This document shows, piece by piece, positions 8,323-19,674 of a stretch of 64,000 nucleotides of DNA. The position numbers were made by a program, and so were the translations under genes. The number at the start of each line of letters is the position of its first letter. The stretch's first letter is position 1. The DNA is taken from NCBI GenBank assembly GCA_902514765.1, contig CABXSA010000002.1:17249-81248 (forward strand), written 5' to 3'. A model generated the notes under the pieces. That model worked only from the letters and a program-made list of their open reading frames with translations. It was not told the DNA's origin and made no database searches. The stretch is from an uncultured SAR86 cluster bacterium. GTDB lineage: Bacteria > Pseudomonadota > Gammaproteobacteria > Magnimaribacterales > AG-339-G14.

Positions 8323-9713
8323 TAATTTTTAAATTTTTTTGCTAGCAACGAAGTATTTCCAGCCCCTTGCGTTAGAAAAATGAAATTATCCTCAGCAATT
8401 TCTTTCATTGCATCATATGCCTCCTCTATGCCTCTTACCAATTTTGCCGATGGATTTAACTTATGTATCTCCCTAATAAGGTCATCACTTTCATAGTTTG
8501 GAATCGGTTTTTCACTTGCTGGATAGATCTCCAAAAGAATCAAGTTTTCGCAAGAAGACAAAAGCCTTACAAAATCGTCAAACAAAGCTTTTGTACGTGA
8601 ATACCTGTGTGGCTGAAAAACTACCAATAGTTTTCTATTGGGCCAAACTTCTTTGACTGTATTAATTGAAACGCTTAACTCTTCTGGATGATGTCCATAA
8701 TCATCGATAAGAATTATGTCTTTTTCAAAGACTTTTTCTGATATTAGTTGAAACCTTCTTTCAATAACAATGAACTTTTCTAAAGCCTGTTTTATTCCTT
8801 CGTAAGATATTCCTTCATCGAGAGCAACAGTGATAGCTGCTCCTGCGTTTAAAATATTATGCTTACCCAGCATATTTGTCTTAAAGCTCATTTTAATGCT
8901 TTTTTCTTTATCAAATAAAACAAAATTAGAACCATCTTTGTCTTGCATGAAATTTAATATTTGAAAATCATTGTTTTCAGAGAAACCAAATAAAGATACG
9001 TTACGAGGAAGGTTTTCAATGACTTCTACTACTTCAGGAGAATCGCCATTGGCAAATATTCGACCCTGAAAGGGAGTTTTCAGACAGAAGTCCTTAAAGG
9101 ATTGTTTTAATTTTTCAAGACTGTCGTCATAAGCCTCCAAATGATCGTTATCTATATTCGCAATTACTGCTTTAAAGGGTCTTAATAATAAAAATGAGCC
9201 ATCGCTTTCATCAGCTTCGGTAAAAATATGTTTGCCTTTGCCAAGCTTTGCATTTGATGCAAAAGATTCTACTTTCCCGCCAATGATGTATGTAGGATCA
9301 AGTTTATTACTACTAAAAATATGAGCAAGAATACAAGTTATTGTGGTTTTGCCATGACTGCCAGCTATTGCAACACTTTCTTTAAGCATCATTAAATTTG
9401 CCAGCATTTCAGCTCTTTTGATAACTGGAATTTTTAATTTTTCAGCTTCAGATACCTCCATATTTTCATGTGAAATAGCCGATGAAATAACAACCAAATC
9501 CTTTTCTGCTACATTTGAGGCATCATGGGCATAAAAAATCTCAGCTCCAAGAGACTCGAGTCTCCGCGTTATTGGAGTATCAACTAAATCAGAACCAGAA
9601 ATTTCATAATCTAAATTGATTAGTATTTCAGCAATACCACTCATTCCGGCACCACCTATTCCAATTAAATGTATTTTTTTTATGTCATTCATTTGAAAGA
9701 ATTTTTTTGACAA
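8322..9713 (-). CDS. murC: UDP-N-acetylmuramate--L-alanine ligase
   Basis: 463 aa. GIGGAGMSGIAEIL and Mur-ligase P-loop GSHGKTTIT. Lies between murG and ddl. An alternative start at M8 (9692) would shorten the overlap with murG. Confidence 0.93.
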   Translation of the reverse strand: MSKKFFQMNDIKKIHLIGIGGAGMSGIAEILINLDYEISGSDLVDTPITRRLESLGAEIFYAHDASNVAEKDLVVISSAISHENMEVSEAEKLKIPVIKRAEMLANLMMLKESVAIAGSHGKTTITCILAHIFSSNKLDPTYIIGGKVESFASNAKLGKGKHIFTEADESDGSFLLLRPFKAVIANIDNDHLEAYDDSLEKLKQSFKDFCLKTPFQGRIFANGDSPEVVEVIENLPRNVSLFGFSENNDFQILNFMQDKDGSNFVLFDKEKSIKMSFKTNMLGKHNILNAGAAITVALDEGISYEGIKQALEKFIVIERRFQLISEKVFEKDIILIDDYGHHPEELSVSINTVKEVWPNRKLLVVFQPHRYSRTKALFDDFVRLLSSCENLILLEIYPASEKPIPNYESDDLIREIHKLNPSAKLVRGIEEAYDAMKEIAEDNFIFLTQGAGNTSLLAKKFKN

Positions 9714-10782
9714 TCATATTTTTTTTGTCAGTTAATGAAATCCTGGATATGTTTTTTTTCATCTTTTCAAGAATCTCAGGATTTTTAACTATTCCAAATA
9801 ATATTTTTTTTAAGTTTTCTTCCAAAAGATCCTCTTCACAAATAAATGCAGAGTTTTTCTCTGCCAGGAATTTAGCATTTTCATGTTGATGATTATCAAT
9901 TGAATTTTTCAAAGGAATGAAAATTGCAATATTTTGAGTTTCACAAATTTCAGATACGGATAAAGCTCCTGCTCTTGAAATTATTAGATCCGCATTCGAA
10001 TAAAAGCTTTCCATACTTTCCACAAATTCAAAGAGCTTTAAATCAAAATTTTTTTTACAAGAATCGTAGTACGATTTTGTTTCTTCTAGGTTTCCTTTGC
10101 CACATTGGTGCGACAAGATAAATTTAAAATCAGGAAAATCTTGTGATAATTGGCTGAAAACTTTGGGTGCAGTTTTGTTAATCAATCTAGCGCCAAGACT
10201 TCCACCCATGATCTTGATATCTAACTCATCAGAGCAGGGGTTCTTTTTCTCAACTTTTTGTGCATCAAGATTTATTAAATTACCAGAGAATATTGCTTTT
10301 TTTTCTTTAAAAAAATCTTGAGTTTTTGGAAAACCGCAAAAAATCTTATCTATTTTTTTATATCTAGCTAAAAGTCTATTTGAAGAACCAGGTATAGAAT
10401 TTTGTTCTTGAATATATATTGGTCCAGAAAAGTGTGCCAAACCTACCAAAGAGACATACCCTCCAAAACAAACTAGGATATTTCTTTTGGAAAAAATATT
10501 CCCGATTTGAAATTCTAGAAAAAATCTCAAGAATGAGAAAATCAAAAAAATAAGACTTAAGATTTTAAAAAATAAAGATTTTCCTCTGAAGCCGGTTAAA
10601 GGATACCGAAAAAATTTTATACCTAAATCTTTGCATATTTGTTCTTCCGGTCCTCTAGACGAGCCAATCCAACTTATTTCAACAGCCTCTTTTAAAAGCA
10701 TTTCGCATAATTTTTTTGCAGGAAATACATGTCCCCCTGTCCCCCCTGCACAGATAATTATTTTTTTATTTTTATCTGACAT
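9685..10782 (-). CDS. murG: UDP-GlcNAc:lipid I N-acetylglucosamine transferase
   Basis: 365 aa. GGTGGHVFPA motif and GT28 architecture. Lies between ftsW and murC. Confidence 0.92.
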   Translation of the reverse strand: MSDKNKKIIICAGGTGGHVFPAKKLCEMLLKEAVEISWIGSSRGPEEQICKDLGIKFFRYPLTGFRGKSLFFKILSLIFLIFSFLRFFLEFQIGNIFSKRNILVCFGGYVSLVGLAHFSGPIYIQEQNSIPGSSNRLLARYKKIDKIFCGFPKTQDFFKEKKAIFSGNLINLDAQKVEKKNPCSDELDIKIMGGSLGARLINKTAPKVFSQLSQDFPDFKFILSHQCGKGNLEETKSYYDSCKKNFDLKLFEFVESMESFYSNADLIISRAGALSVSEICETQNIAIFIPLKNSIDNHQHENAKFLAEKNSAFICEEDLLEENLKKILFGIVKNPEILEKMKKNISRISLTDKKNMIVKKILSNE

Positions 10783-10788
10783 GTTTTT

Positions 10789-11955
10789 TTAGACAGAAAC
10801 TTTATTTGAAAAGTTTGCTTCAATCTTTATTTTCTGAACTAAGGCAATCAAAACAAAAATGAGCATCAAGTTAGAACCTCCAAAACTTATTAAAGGTAAC
10901 GTAATACCTTTTGTAGGTAACAATCCTGTTGAAACTCCAATATTTATAAAAACATGCAGAGCTATTAAAACTCCCGTTCCATATGATACTAAACAACCAA
11001 AAGTATAATCATTTTGACGAGCGTATCTTCCTATCATAAAACATCTAAAGACTAAATATGAGAAAGCTAAAATTAAAACTAAACTAAAAACAATACCTAA
11101 TTCTTCTGTGATAATCGCAAAAATGAAGTCGGTTTGAGCATCCGATAAAAATCCCTCCTTCATTTGACTATTTCCGATGCCTACTCCAAACCATTGACCA
11201 TTACTTATTGCGCTTAAAGAAGCTCTTAACTGCTCTGCAAATTCGTTATTCCAAGGATCTAAGTATCCCATAATTCTTTTGATCCTATAGCTCGCTGTAA
11301 ATATCAAGCCAATAAATGTAAATAATCCAACTATAAAAATTGATATAAGATGCTTCAAAGGGGCTCCAGCAATAAAAAGTATAGAAAAAGATACAATAAA
11401 TATTACTGCCGATGAACCTAAATCTGGTTCGAGTAAAATAAGCAATATAGAAAGCGAAATCAAAAAAACTGGTTTAAAAAAGCCTAACCATTCTTCTCTA
11501 AATTCGTCGTATTTTCTAATGCAATATGAGGATATATAAATTATAAGAGAAAACTTCATTAATTCAGAAGGTTGGAAAGAAAATCCTAAAACTCTAATCC
11601 ATCTAAATGCGCCATTAACTTCTTTTCCTATGAAGGGGACAAAAACCAATATCAATAAAAGCAAAGAGAACGATAAGAAATAAATTGAGTTTTTTTGCCA
11701 AAAGCTTATTGGCATTCTGAAAGCAAATAATGCAAAAACAAACGCAATGAAAATTTTTTGAATATGACTCAAAGTCATATTGAGCGACCCCGATGTGAGA
11801 GGGAGAGATACGGAAGTGACCATGACAATACCAAAAAATAATAAGAACGTTGAAATAAACAACATAGGTATATCAATATCAGCAAAGCCAAGAGAGCGAT
11901 CATGCTTACCAAGAAAAATCCTTTGCAATGTTGATTGGTTTTTAAATTTTGGCAT
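10789..11955 (-). CDS. ftsW: SEDS-family peptidoglycan polymerase / cell division protein FtsW
   Basis: 388 aa polytopic membrane protein. Its position between murD and murG is the canonical dcw position. Confidence 0.9.
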   Translation of the reverse strand: MPKFKNQSTLQRIFLGKHDRSLGFADIDIPMLFISTFLLFFGIVMVTSVSLPLTSGSLNMTLSHIQKIFIAFVFALFAFRMPISFWQKNSIYFLSFSLLLLILVFVPFIGKEVNGAFRWIRVLGFSFQPSELMKFSLIIYISSYCIRKYDEFREEWLGFFKPVFLISLSILLILLEPDLGSSAVIFIVSFSILFIAGAPLKHLISIFIVGLFTFIGLIFTASYRIKRIMGYLDPWNNEFAEQLRASLSAISNGQWFGVGIGNSQMKEGFLSDAQTDFIFAIITEELGIVFSLVLILAFSYLVFRCFMIGRYARQNDYTFGCLVSYGTGVLIALHVFINIGVSTGLLPTKGITLPLISFGGSNLMLIFVLIALVQKIKIEANFSNKVSV

Positions 11956-13144
11956 TCAAAACTAAATCCTTAAATTTTTTTCCTCTTTCCTCAAAGCTTT
12001 CAAACATATCTAAGCTAGAACATGCTGGCGAAAGAATCAAAACGGTATCACTTTCAATAATTTTTAATGCAGAATTAACAGCCTCTTCAAGGTTTAAAAC
12101 TTCTTGAGATTTTGACGAATCAAGAAGCTTTTTTAAAATTTTTGTACTCTCGCCGAAATAATAAATTTTCTTTGCACGTTTATTTAGATAATCAGTGAAA
12201 CTTTTAAAATCCTGTTCTTTTGATCTTCCTCCGCAAAAGACTATCAATGACTTGGATTCATCTACACTTTTAAGGCCTTCTAATGATGAAGCTACATTAG
12301 TTGCTTTTGAATCATCTATGAAGATTATGTTTCCATCTAACTGATGAAAAAGTTCCATTCTGTGAGGAAGCTGAGCAAAACAATTCAAAATATCTTTTTC
12401 TAAAAAATTAAGATTTAAGCAGGAACAAATTTCTTTGATTGCATTGAAGTTTTGATCTTTTACAGATCCTTTATTGCTGAAAAAATAATCAGCTTGAGGA
12501 ATAAATTCTTTGAGATTTTCATTAACAATTGAAATTTCACTGCTTTCACTTATCTTCTTTTTTATTTTTGCATAATTATTAAAACTTCTATGTCGATCAA
12601 TATGATCAGGTGTAATATTTAACAATACTGATAATTTGAATTTGGGTAATGGTGCTATATCCAAATGAAAGCTTGAAATCTCTAAAACAAAAAAGTCTTT
12701 TTTTTCCTCTACAAATTCCAAAACTGGTCTTCCGATGTTCCCAATGGCAAGAGTATCTAAATTTTGGTAATTAAATAATTTTTCTAACCATGAACAAACT
12801 GTTGATTTTCCATTGGTTCCAGAAATTAATATTTTTTTTGATGTATTTTCTTCTAAAAAAATATTTATATCACTTTTAATTTCAATGTTTTTTTCTTTTG
12901 CTGTTTTGATTATGTTGTGATTTAAGTCAAATCCTGGACTACATGCTATAAATTTTAAATTGTTAAAATCGATTTCTTCTTCGGCAATAAAATTAAAATT
13001 TAAATTTTTTTTTAAATTGAAATCATCCTTTCCTACCCTCGTATCGTAAGAAATGAATGGTTGTTTTTTTTTAGAAAAATATTCTCTAAATGACTCTCCT
13101 GTAATTCCTTTGCCAAGGATTAGAACAGGTTTGGTTGAATTCAT
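11942..13144 (-). CDS. murD: UDP-N-acetylmuramoylalanine--D-glutamate ligase
   Basis: 400 aa. Mur-ligase P-loop GTNGKSTV. Lies between mraY and ftsW. Confidence 0.9.
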   Translation of the reverse strand: MNSTKPVLILGKGITGESFREYFSKKKQPFISYDTRVGKDDFNLKKNLNFNFIAEEEIDFNNLKFIACSPGFDLNHNIIKTAKEKNIEIKSDINIFLEENTSKKILISGTNGKSTVCSWLEKLFNYQNLDTLAIGNIGRPVLEFVEEKKDFFVLEISSFHLDIAPLPKFKLSVLLNITPDHIDRHRSFNNYAKIKKKISESSEISIVNENLKEFIPQADYFFSNKGSVKDQNFNAIKEICSCLNLNFLEKDILNCFAQLPHRMELFHQLDGNIIFIDDSKATNVASSLEGLKSVDESKSLIVFCGGRSKEQDFKSFTDYLNKRAKKIYYFGESTKILKKLLDSSKSQEVLNLEEAVNSALKIIESDTVLILSPACSSLDMFESFEERGKKFKDLVLNAKI

Positions 13145-13146
13145 TT

Positions 13147-14229
13147 TTATCGGAGTCTAAAGGTTGCCAAAGCAAAAAGAACGAGAATTAAGGTAACGAT
13201 CCAAAATCTAACAATTATTTTTGGTTCAGCTAGCCCTGAAAGTTCATAATGATGATGTAAGGGAGCCATTTTAAATATTCTTTTGCCAGTTAATTTGAAA
13301 GAAGCAACTTGGAGAATTACAGACATGGTTTCAATTACAAAAACTCCCCCCATCAACATCAATATAAACTCTTGTCTTATACTTACTGCGATAATTCCTA
13401 ATGCCGCACCTAAAGACAGAGATCCAACATCGCCCATGAATATTTGTGCTGGATAAGTATTAAACCAAAGAAACCCAATCCCAGCTCCAACTAGCGCTCC
13501 ACAAAAAATTACTATTTCAGTTGAATAAAAAAGATAAGGAACATTAAGATAATCCGAGAGAATTGCATTACCCGAAATGTATGCAATTATTCCCATTCCT
13601 GCAGCCACCATTACAGAAGGCATTATTGCTAGTCCATCTAGCCCATCAGTTAAATTAACAGCATTTGCAGTTGCAACAAGAACCAAGGCGCTGAATAAAA
13701 TGAACCAAATCCCAAGTTGCAGAGCAAAGTCTTTGAAAAAAGGAAGAAACAAAGTAGTTTCTTCTGCGCTGGTAGCAAAATAGTAAATCAATGAACTTGC
13801 AGATAAAGCTACTAAAATTTCCCATAAAAGCCTAATTCTGCCACTTAGACCTTTGCTATTTGAATAACGCAGTTTTAAATAGTCATCAATTAATCCAATA
13901 ACACCAAATAAAAAGGTTACTGCCATTGAAACTAAAAGATATTTATTATTTAAATCTCCCCAACAAAGGCATGAAAATACAATAGAAAATAAAATTAATA
14001 ACCCCCCCATCGTGGGAGTTCCTTTTTTTTCTAAATGACTTTGTGGGCCTTCGTCTCTAATGATCTGGCCATACTTTTGTTTTGCTATGAATCTTATAAA
14101 AGTCTTACCAAAAAAAAGAATAAAAACCAATGAGGTTAAAGTTGCAAGGATTGCTCTAAAAGTGAAATAGTTGAAGATCCTTAAAGGACCAAAGCTTTCC
14201 GCTAAATATTCAAGTATTGGTAAAAACAT
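13147..14229 (-). CDS. mraY: Phospho-N-acetylmuramoyl-pentapeptide transferase
   Basis: 360 aa polytopic protein with motifs NAVNLTDGLDGLA and PAQIFMGDVGSL. Confidence 0.96.
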   Translation of the reverse strand: MFLPILEYLAESFGPLRIFNYFTFRAILATLTSLVFILFFGKTFIRFIAKQKYGQIIRDEGPQSHLEKKGTPTMGGLLILFSIVFSCLCWGDLNNKYLLVSMAVTFLFGVIGLIDDYLKLRYSNSKGLSGRIRLLWEILVALSASSLIYYFATSAEETTLFLPFFKDFALQLGIWFILFSALVLVATANAVNLTDGLDGLAIMPSVMVAAGMGIIAYISGNAILSDYLNVPYLFYSTEIVIFCGALVGAGIGFLWFNTYPAQIFMGDVGSLSLGAALGIIAVSIRQEFILMLMGGVFVIETMSVILQVASFKLTGKRIFKMAPLHHHYELSGLAEPKIIVRFWIVTLILVLFALATFRLR

Positions 14230-14230
14230 T

Positions 14231-15496
14231 TTAAGTAAGATTCTTGATGATGTTTTCCATTTTAACCGAACGCGAACCTTTGAAGAAAATTAAAATATCT
14301 TCTTCAAGATATTCCTCCAAATAAGAATCAATTTCTTCTCTTTTAAAAAAAGATATATTTGATTCTTTCAAATTCACTTTAAAATCTATTGCTAAAACAA
14401 TATCAAATATTAAAGATGCCTCTTTGAGAATATATTTATGTAAGTCTTCGGATTTTTCTCCAAGTTCTCCCATTTGCCCCATAACGCATATTTTTTTTTG
14501 ATATTTTGAATCTTTTTCAATAAAAGAAATTTTTGAAAGATCTAGATTTTTTATTTTTTTAAAAGCATATAAAAAAGAATCTGGATTTGCATTGTACGAA
14601 TCATCAATTATCAGAGCTTTTGACTTTGATTTTCTTATTTCAAACCTACCAGGAATATCAATTTTTTTATCTAAGAAGCTGTCTATTTCTTTAGGAAGAT
14701 ACTCAACCTCTAGCAGATCATTAATTTTCATAATGGCAGTTTTCATTAATTTTTTTGGATCATTGTCGCTTGTGAAAATTCTTTTTTTTCCAGATGATTT
14801 ATCTCTAACTAGATTTAAATATTTTTTTGGAATGTCCCCTAAACAATATCCTTCATCCTTCGTAAAAACAAAAATATCACTTTTTTCATTTGCCACGCCA
14901 TCGATATTTTTTAGGCCTTCTAAATGAGCATTTCCAATATTCGTAATTATGCTTAGATTCATTTTCAAAATATTTGCCAATTTTGAAATTTCTCCAGGAT
15001 TATTTGTTCCAATTTCAAAAAAACCCACTTTATGATGCGGGCTCAATTCCAAAAGAGAAAAACAAAGACCATAAAAATTATTAAAATTTCCATAACTTTT
15101 ATAGACATCATTTTGCTTAAATTTATCCTTGAAGTATTTACATAGAGTTTCTTTTGTTGTGGTTTTGCCATTACTCCCTGTAATTCCTACTACCAGACCC
15201 TCAAATAGTTCTCTTTGTTTTTTTGCGATATTTTCTAAAAAAGTGTTCGTATCCTTAACAAGAATATGATTTTTATTATCAATCTTTTTTTCAGAAACAA
15301 CACATGAAGCCCCAAGATCATATGCTTCAGAAATAAATTTATGAGCATCATGATTTTGTCCTTTAAGAGGTATAAACACATCCCCTCCTTTGATATCTTT
15401 TGAATTAAAAACTATTTTTTTGAAGTCAATATTTTGACAATAAATTCTTCCTCCTCCAAAGGCCGCAAGATTTTCTATATTTTTTTTAAATAACAT
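14231..15496 (-). CDS. murF: UDP-MurNAc-tripeptide--D-alanyl-D-alanine ligase
   Basis: 421 aa. Mur-ligase P-loop GSNGKTTTKE. Lies between murE and mraY. Confidence 0.88.
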   Translation of the reverse strand: MLFKKNIENLAAFGGGRIYCQNIDFKKIVFNSKDIKGGDVFIPLKGQNHDAHKFISEAYDLGASCVVSEKKIDNKNHILVKDTNTFLENIAKKQRELFEGLVVGITGSNGKTTTKETLCKYFKDKFKQNDVYKSYGNFNNFYGLCFSLLELSPHHKVGFFEIGTNNPGEISKLANILKMNLSIITNIGNAHLEGLKNIDGVANEKSDIFVFTKDEGYCLGDIPKKYLNLVRDKSSGKKRIFTSDNDPKKLMKTAIMKINDLLEVEYLPKEIDSFLDKKIDIPGRFEIRKSKSKALIIDDSYNANPDSFLYAFKKIKNLDLSKISFIEKDSKYQKKICVMGQMGELGEKSEDLHKYILKEASLIFDIVLAIDFKVNLKESNISFFKREEIDSYLEEYLEEDILIFFKGSRSVKMENIIKNLT

Positions 15497-16892
15497 CCTT
15501 CAATTCATTTAAAATTTTTAAATCGTTAAATTCTATTTCCTTACCTTTTAAAATTTGAAAGTTCTCATGGCCCTTTCCAGCTATAAGCAAAACTGATTCT
15601 TGTTCCAATTTCTTAAGTTTCTTTAAGCCCTCAGAGATAGCTTCTTTTCTGTCAAAAATGATGTCAAATTTTTTTAAATGCATATCTTTGATAATTTGAG
15701 CCACTATTTTTTTTGGATCTTCATTTCTTGGATTATCGTTTGTAATAATTTGAAAATCCGATTTCTCTTGGGCGATTTTTCCCATATCCCCTCTTTTAGA
15801 TGAATCTCTTTCCCCACCACATCCAAATAAAGTTATGATTTTTCCTTTATAGCTACTTCTCAAATAATCCAAAACAGATTTCAATGCATCTGGGGTGTGT
15901 GCATAGTCTACATAGCAAATTTTGTCCTGAAACAAAGAAATTTTTTGTAACCTGCCAGGGAGGTTTTTCAAATTTTTAAGCATTTCTGCCTCAAAATCTA
16001 TTTCATTGAATATCTTTGCGTAGAGACCCAAAGCACATAAAAAATTTGAAATCATAAATTTACTTTTAAAGGGAAGATAATTTGTTAAATCTCCCCAAGG
16101 AGTTTTTATTAAGTTATTTTCTAAGAATAAATTTGCAGTTTTGTCATTCACTGAAACAGTCAAAGTTGATTTGTTTTCAGAATGAATTTCCCTTCCTAAA
16201 TCATTATCAATGCATACAATGTTGTTTTCATCGGATGTTGAGAAAAAGCTTTTTTTAGCATTTCTATAACTACTAAAATTTTTGTGATAATCAAGATGGT
16301 CTTTTGAAAAGCTTGTGAGGGACTTAGCGAAAAAATCTAAACCAGAAATTCTGCTTTGATCTATGCCGTGTGAGGAAACTTCCATAAGGAAGTATTTTCT
16401 CTTTAAATCGATAGATTTTTTTAAAAAATGATGAAGTAAAAAATTATCTGGTGTAGTTAAGGGAGTGAATTGTGTATTTTTAAGATTTGAAACTTCTGGT
16501 GTATTCGTTAAAAGAGTTGCATTGGAATTCTTGAAAGATAAAAGTTGGTGAAGAAAAAATGCGGTTGAAGATTTTCCATTTGTGCCGGTAATTCCAACGA
16601 TCTTGATACTTTTTTTTGATCTTGCAAAAAGAGTCTCTAAATATTTATCTTTATGATTGACTAAGTTCGAATCAAATAAGTTTTTATCTTTTAAATGCTC
16701 ATGGAGGTTTACCTGACTAATGACAATTTTGGCGCCTTTATCAATAGCATTTTTGGAATATTTAAGTGCTTCCTTTGGATTTTTTGAAAAAGATATGAAA
16801 GCATAGTCTCGCTCTACAAAATTTGAATTATCGGTAAATCCAGTGATTTTTATACTTTCTAATTTCGAAAGATTTTCTGTTAAGGAAAGCAT
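15486..16892 (-). CDS. murE: UDP-MurNAc-L-Ala-D-Glu--2,6-diaminopimelate ligase
   Basis: 468 aa. P-loop GTNGKSST and the DNPRNEDP motif typical of meso-DAP-adding MurE enzymes. Confidence 0.9.
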   Translation of the reverse strand: MLSLTENLSKLESIKITGFTDNSNFVERDYAFISFSKNPKEALKYSKNAIDKGAKIVISQVNLHEHLKDKNLFDSNLVNHKDKYLETLFARSKKSIKIVGITGTNGKSSTAFFLHQLLSFKNSNATLLTNTPEVSNLKNTQFTPLTTPDNFLLHHFLKKSIDLKRKYFLMEVSSHGIDQSRISGLDFFAKSLTSFSKDHLDYHKNFSSYRNAKKSFFSTSDENNIVCIDNDLGREIHSENKSTLTVSVNDKTANLFLENNLIKTPWGDLTNYLPFKSKFMISNFLCALGLYAKIFNEIDFEAEMLKNLKNLPGRLQKISLFQDKICYVDYAHTPDALKSVLDYLRSSYKGKIITLFGCGGERDSSKRGDMGKIAQEKSDFQIITNDNPRNEDPKKIVAQIIKDMHLKKFDIIFDRKEAISEGLKKLKKLEQESVLLIAGKGHENFQILKGKEIEFNDLKILNELKDVI

Positions 16893-16894
16893 TA

Positions 16895-18529
16895 TTAAAG
16901 TTTTTGAATGGTTTCAATGATCTCCGAAAATATTGGAGCAGCAACATCGCCTCCTCCATCACCATTAATCTTTGGATTTTTTACAAATAGTCCGACCAAG
17001 TACTCTTTATCTTCTATTTTCGTCATTCCTATGAATAAGGCATTATGCAGATCGTCATTATACTTCTGATTCTTAAAGATTCTTGCCGTTCCTGTTTTGC
17101 CAAAAACATCATGATCACTAACTTTTGCCCGAAAACCAGTGCCGTTTTTAATTGCTTTGAACAATATGGTTTTTATTTGGTTAGCACTCTCTTTGCTAAG
17201 GATTCTTTCTTCTTCAAATTTAGAGGAGTTTTTTATTAATCTAAATGGTCGGTAAACTCCTTCCGAAAAAATAGTACTGTATGCTGAAGTTAACTGAATC
17301 AAAGTTGTTTGAAGACCATATCCATAACAAAGGGAAACTTTTTCTCTTAGCGATAAATCTTTATATTCTGGGAGATAACCCTCTCTAGTTGAGATAAAAA
17401 TTTCATTCATATACTTCCCCAAACCAAGAGAGTAATAAGTACGAAGAATATTATTAGGATCAAAGTCAGCGCATAGCTTTACCATGCCAACATTACTTGA
17501 TTTGGCAATTATTTCTCCTGTAGATAATATCCCATAGTTTCTGGCATCTTCTGTTTTATAACCTTCAAATTCTATCCATCCTGGCGAAGTATTCACTGCT
17601 GAATCAATTAACTCTGGATTGTTTTTTAATAGAGCTAATAAAGCTAAAGGTTTTATAGTAGAGCCTGGCTCAAAAAGCTCTATGGCTGAATTATTTTTCA
17701 ATAATTCCATATTTTTAAGTTTTTTTCTGTTATTTGGATCAAATGATGGGAAATTTGTCATTGCTAGAATTTCATTTGAATCCAAGTCGATCATTATGCC
17801 TGATGCAGATTCTGCATTATGAAATTCAACAGCTTTTTTTAGCTTATCAAATAAGATAAATTGAATTTTAGAGTCAACAGTTAAGTTAACTGCAGAGCCA
17901 TTTATCGGCTCTTTAATTATTGTATTTTGAATAACTCCTGATTTTCTAGAAAGAATTTTTTCTTGATAACCGTCTTCTGCTTTTAAAGTTTCATCAAGAG
18001 CAAATTCGATTCCATTTACACCTTCGTTTTTATAATTAGTAAGCCCTATTAATTGAGAAAATATTTCTCCTTGAGGATAATTTCTTTTAAATGTTCTATG
18101 ATTTACCACTATCCCAGGAATATTTAAAGACTGAATGTGTTCTTTTTTTTGTTTTGCTACTTTTTGATTAAGAACCAAATATTTGGTTTTCTTTCTGGCC
18201 AATCGTTTTTTTAACCTATCAATATCCAAATCTAAATTAGTAGATAAAAGATTTATATGATATGGATCGAATGAAAAATCCTTTAACGAAATGCCAATCT
18301 CATAAGATGGAATATCTTCAGCTAAGACAAAGTTATTTCTATCAAAAATTACTCCTCTTTTCGAAACAATTGGAGATTGCCTGATCGAGGCTTTTTGAGA
18401 AAAATCTTTTCCTAAACTAAAGTCATTTTTTTGAAAAAAGATTAACTTAGTTGGTAAGGCTAATAAAATTAAGAATATTACAATCCAGAGAATAAGTTCT
18501 CTGTTTTTATTATTCTCACTTGCATTCAA
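16895..18529 (-). CDS. ftsI: Peptidoglycan D,D-transpeptidase FtsI (PBP3)
   Basis: 544 aa. N-terminal TM helix and class B PBP motifs STIKP (SxxK), SSN (SxN) and KTGTA (KTG). Confidence 0.9.
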   Translation of the reverse strand: MNASENNKNRELILWIVIFLILLALPTKLIFFQKNDFSLGKDFSQKASIRQSPIVSKRGVIFDRNNFVLAEDIPSYEIGISLKDFSFDPYHINLLSTNLDLDIDRLKKRLARKKTKYLVLNQKVAKQKKEHIQSLNIPGIVVNHRTFKRNYPQGEIFSQLIGLTNYKNEGVNGIEFALDETLKAEDGYQEKILSRKSGVIQNTIIKEPINGSAVNLTVDSKIQFILFDKLKKAVEFHNAESASGIMIDLDSNEILAMTNFPSFDPNNRKKLKNMELLKNNSAIELFEPGSTIKPLALLALLKNNPELIDSAVNTSPGWIEFEGYKTEDARNYGILSTGEIIAKSSNVGMVKLCADFDPNNILRTYYSLGLGKYMNEIFISTREGYLPEYKDLSLREKVSLCYGYGLQTTLIQLTSAYSTIFSEGVYRPFRLIKNSSKFEEERILSKESANQIKTILFKAIKNGTGFRAKVSDHDVFGKTGTARIFKNQKYNDDLHNALFIGMTKIEDKEYLVGLFVKNPKINGDGGGDVAAPIFSEIIETIQKL

Positions 18530-18530
18530 A

Positions 18531-19655
18531 CTAATCTATCTGTTTTCTTACAAATGAAGGTATGTCCAGATAATCACTTTTTTTGGTTGATTCACTTTTT
18601 GCAATTTCATTTTCAACTTTTCCTAAAGTCGGCACTTCTTGAAATCTTCCATATGGATCATTTGCAACCTTGAATCCTGAAGCTCTGTCATTTTGTTGAG
18701 AGCTATCTGATAAGCCCGTGGCAATGATTGTGACTTTAATATCTCCTTCCATATCTTTATCTTCCACTGCACCATGGATTATTTGAGCGCCATCACTTGC
18801 AAATTCTGATACTTGTCGAAGAACGTCCTCTATCTCGCCAACTTTGATGCCTTTTCCGGTTATATTTACCAGAACTCCTTTCGCATTTTGTAAGTTTATA
18901 TCCTCCAAAAGCGGGCTTCCTACTGCCTGAGCTGCTGCATCTTTTGCTCTGCTTGGGCCACTAGCAACCCCGGTTCCCATCATAGCAACACCTTGCTCAG
19001 CCATTACAGTTCTTACATCATTGAAGTCCACATTTATATAACCAGTTTGTGTGATGATGTCAGCAATACCTCTCACTGCTCCTAACAAAACATCATTTGC
19101 ATGGCCAAAAGCTTCTAACATAGTGCAGTCGCCTCCATAAACTTCGCTTAATTTTTGATTAGGAATGGTTATTAAGGAATCAACTTCTGATCTTAATTCT
19201 TTTATTCCCGACTCTGCCAAATCATCTTTAAACTCTAAAGACATTGGTTTTGTAACAATAGCAACTGCTAAAGCGCCAACATCTTTTGCAGCTCTAGCGA
19301 CTATAGGAGCTGCACCCGTACCGGTTCCTCCTCCCATTCCCGCTGCTATGAAAACCATATCGGCGCCATCAAACATGGTCGTTAACCTTTCATAATCATC
19401 TAAAGCAGTATCTCTGCCTACATCTGGCTTTCCCCCAGCTCCTTGCCCATGATTATTTAATTCTCCTAAGATTATTTTTTCAGCTGCTTTATTTTTAGTT
19501 AGTGCTTGAGAATCGGTATTTGCTGAAATTGTTTCCACGCCTTCAACTCCATTAGCTACCATATGGTCTATGGCATTACCTCCACAACCGCCGACGCCAA
19601 CTACTTTTATTATGGTTTGATTTCTCTTCCCATTGTCTACTAGCTTATATTTCAT
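18531..19655 (-). CDS. ftsZ: Cell division GTPase FtsZ
   Basis: 374 aa. Tubulin signature [10 protein letters not shown] and conserved C-terminal peptide [12 protein letters not shown]. Confidence 0.97.
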   Translation of the reverse strand: MKYKLVDNGKRNQTIIKVVGVGGCGGNAIDHMVANGVEGVETISANTDSQALTKNKAAEKIILGELNNHGQGAGGKPDVGRDTALDDYERLTTMFDGADMVFIAAGMGGGTGTGAAPIVARAAKDVGALAVAIVTKPMSLEFKDDLAESGIKELRSEVDSLITIPNQKLSEVYGGDCTMLEAFGHANDVLLGAVRGIADIITQTGYINVDFNDVRTVMAEQGVAMMGTGVASGPSRAKDAAAQAVGSPLLEDINLQNAKGVLVNITGKGIKVGEIEDVLRQVSEFASDGAQIIHGAVEDKDMEGDIKVTIIATGLSDSSQQNDRASGFKVANDPYGRFQEVPTLGKVENEIAKSESTKKSDYLDIPSFVRKQID

Positions 19656-19674
19656 AACTCCTCCTAAAATAAAG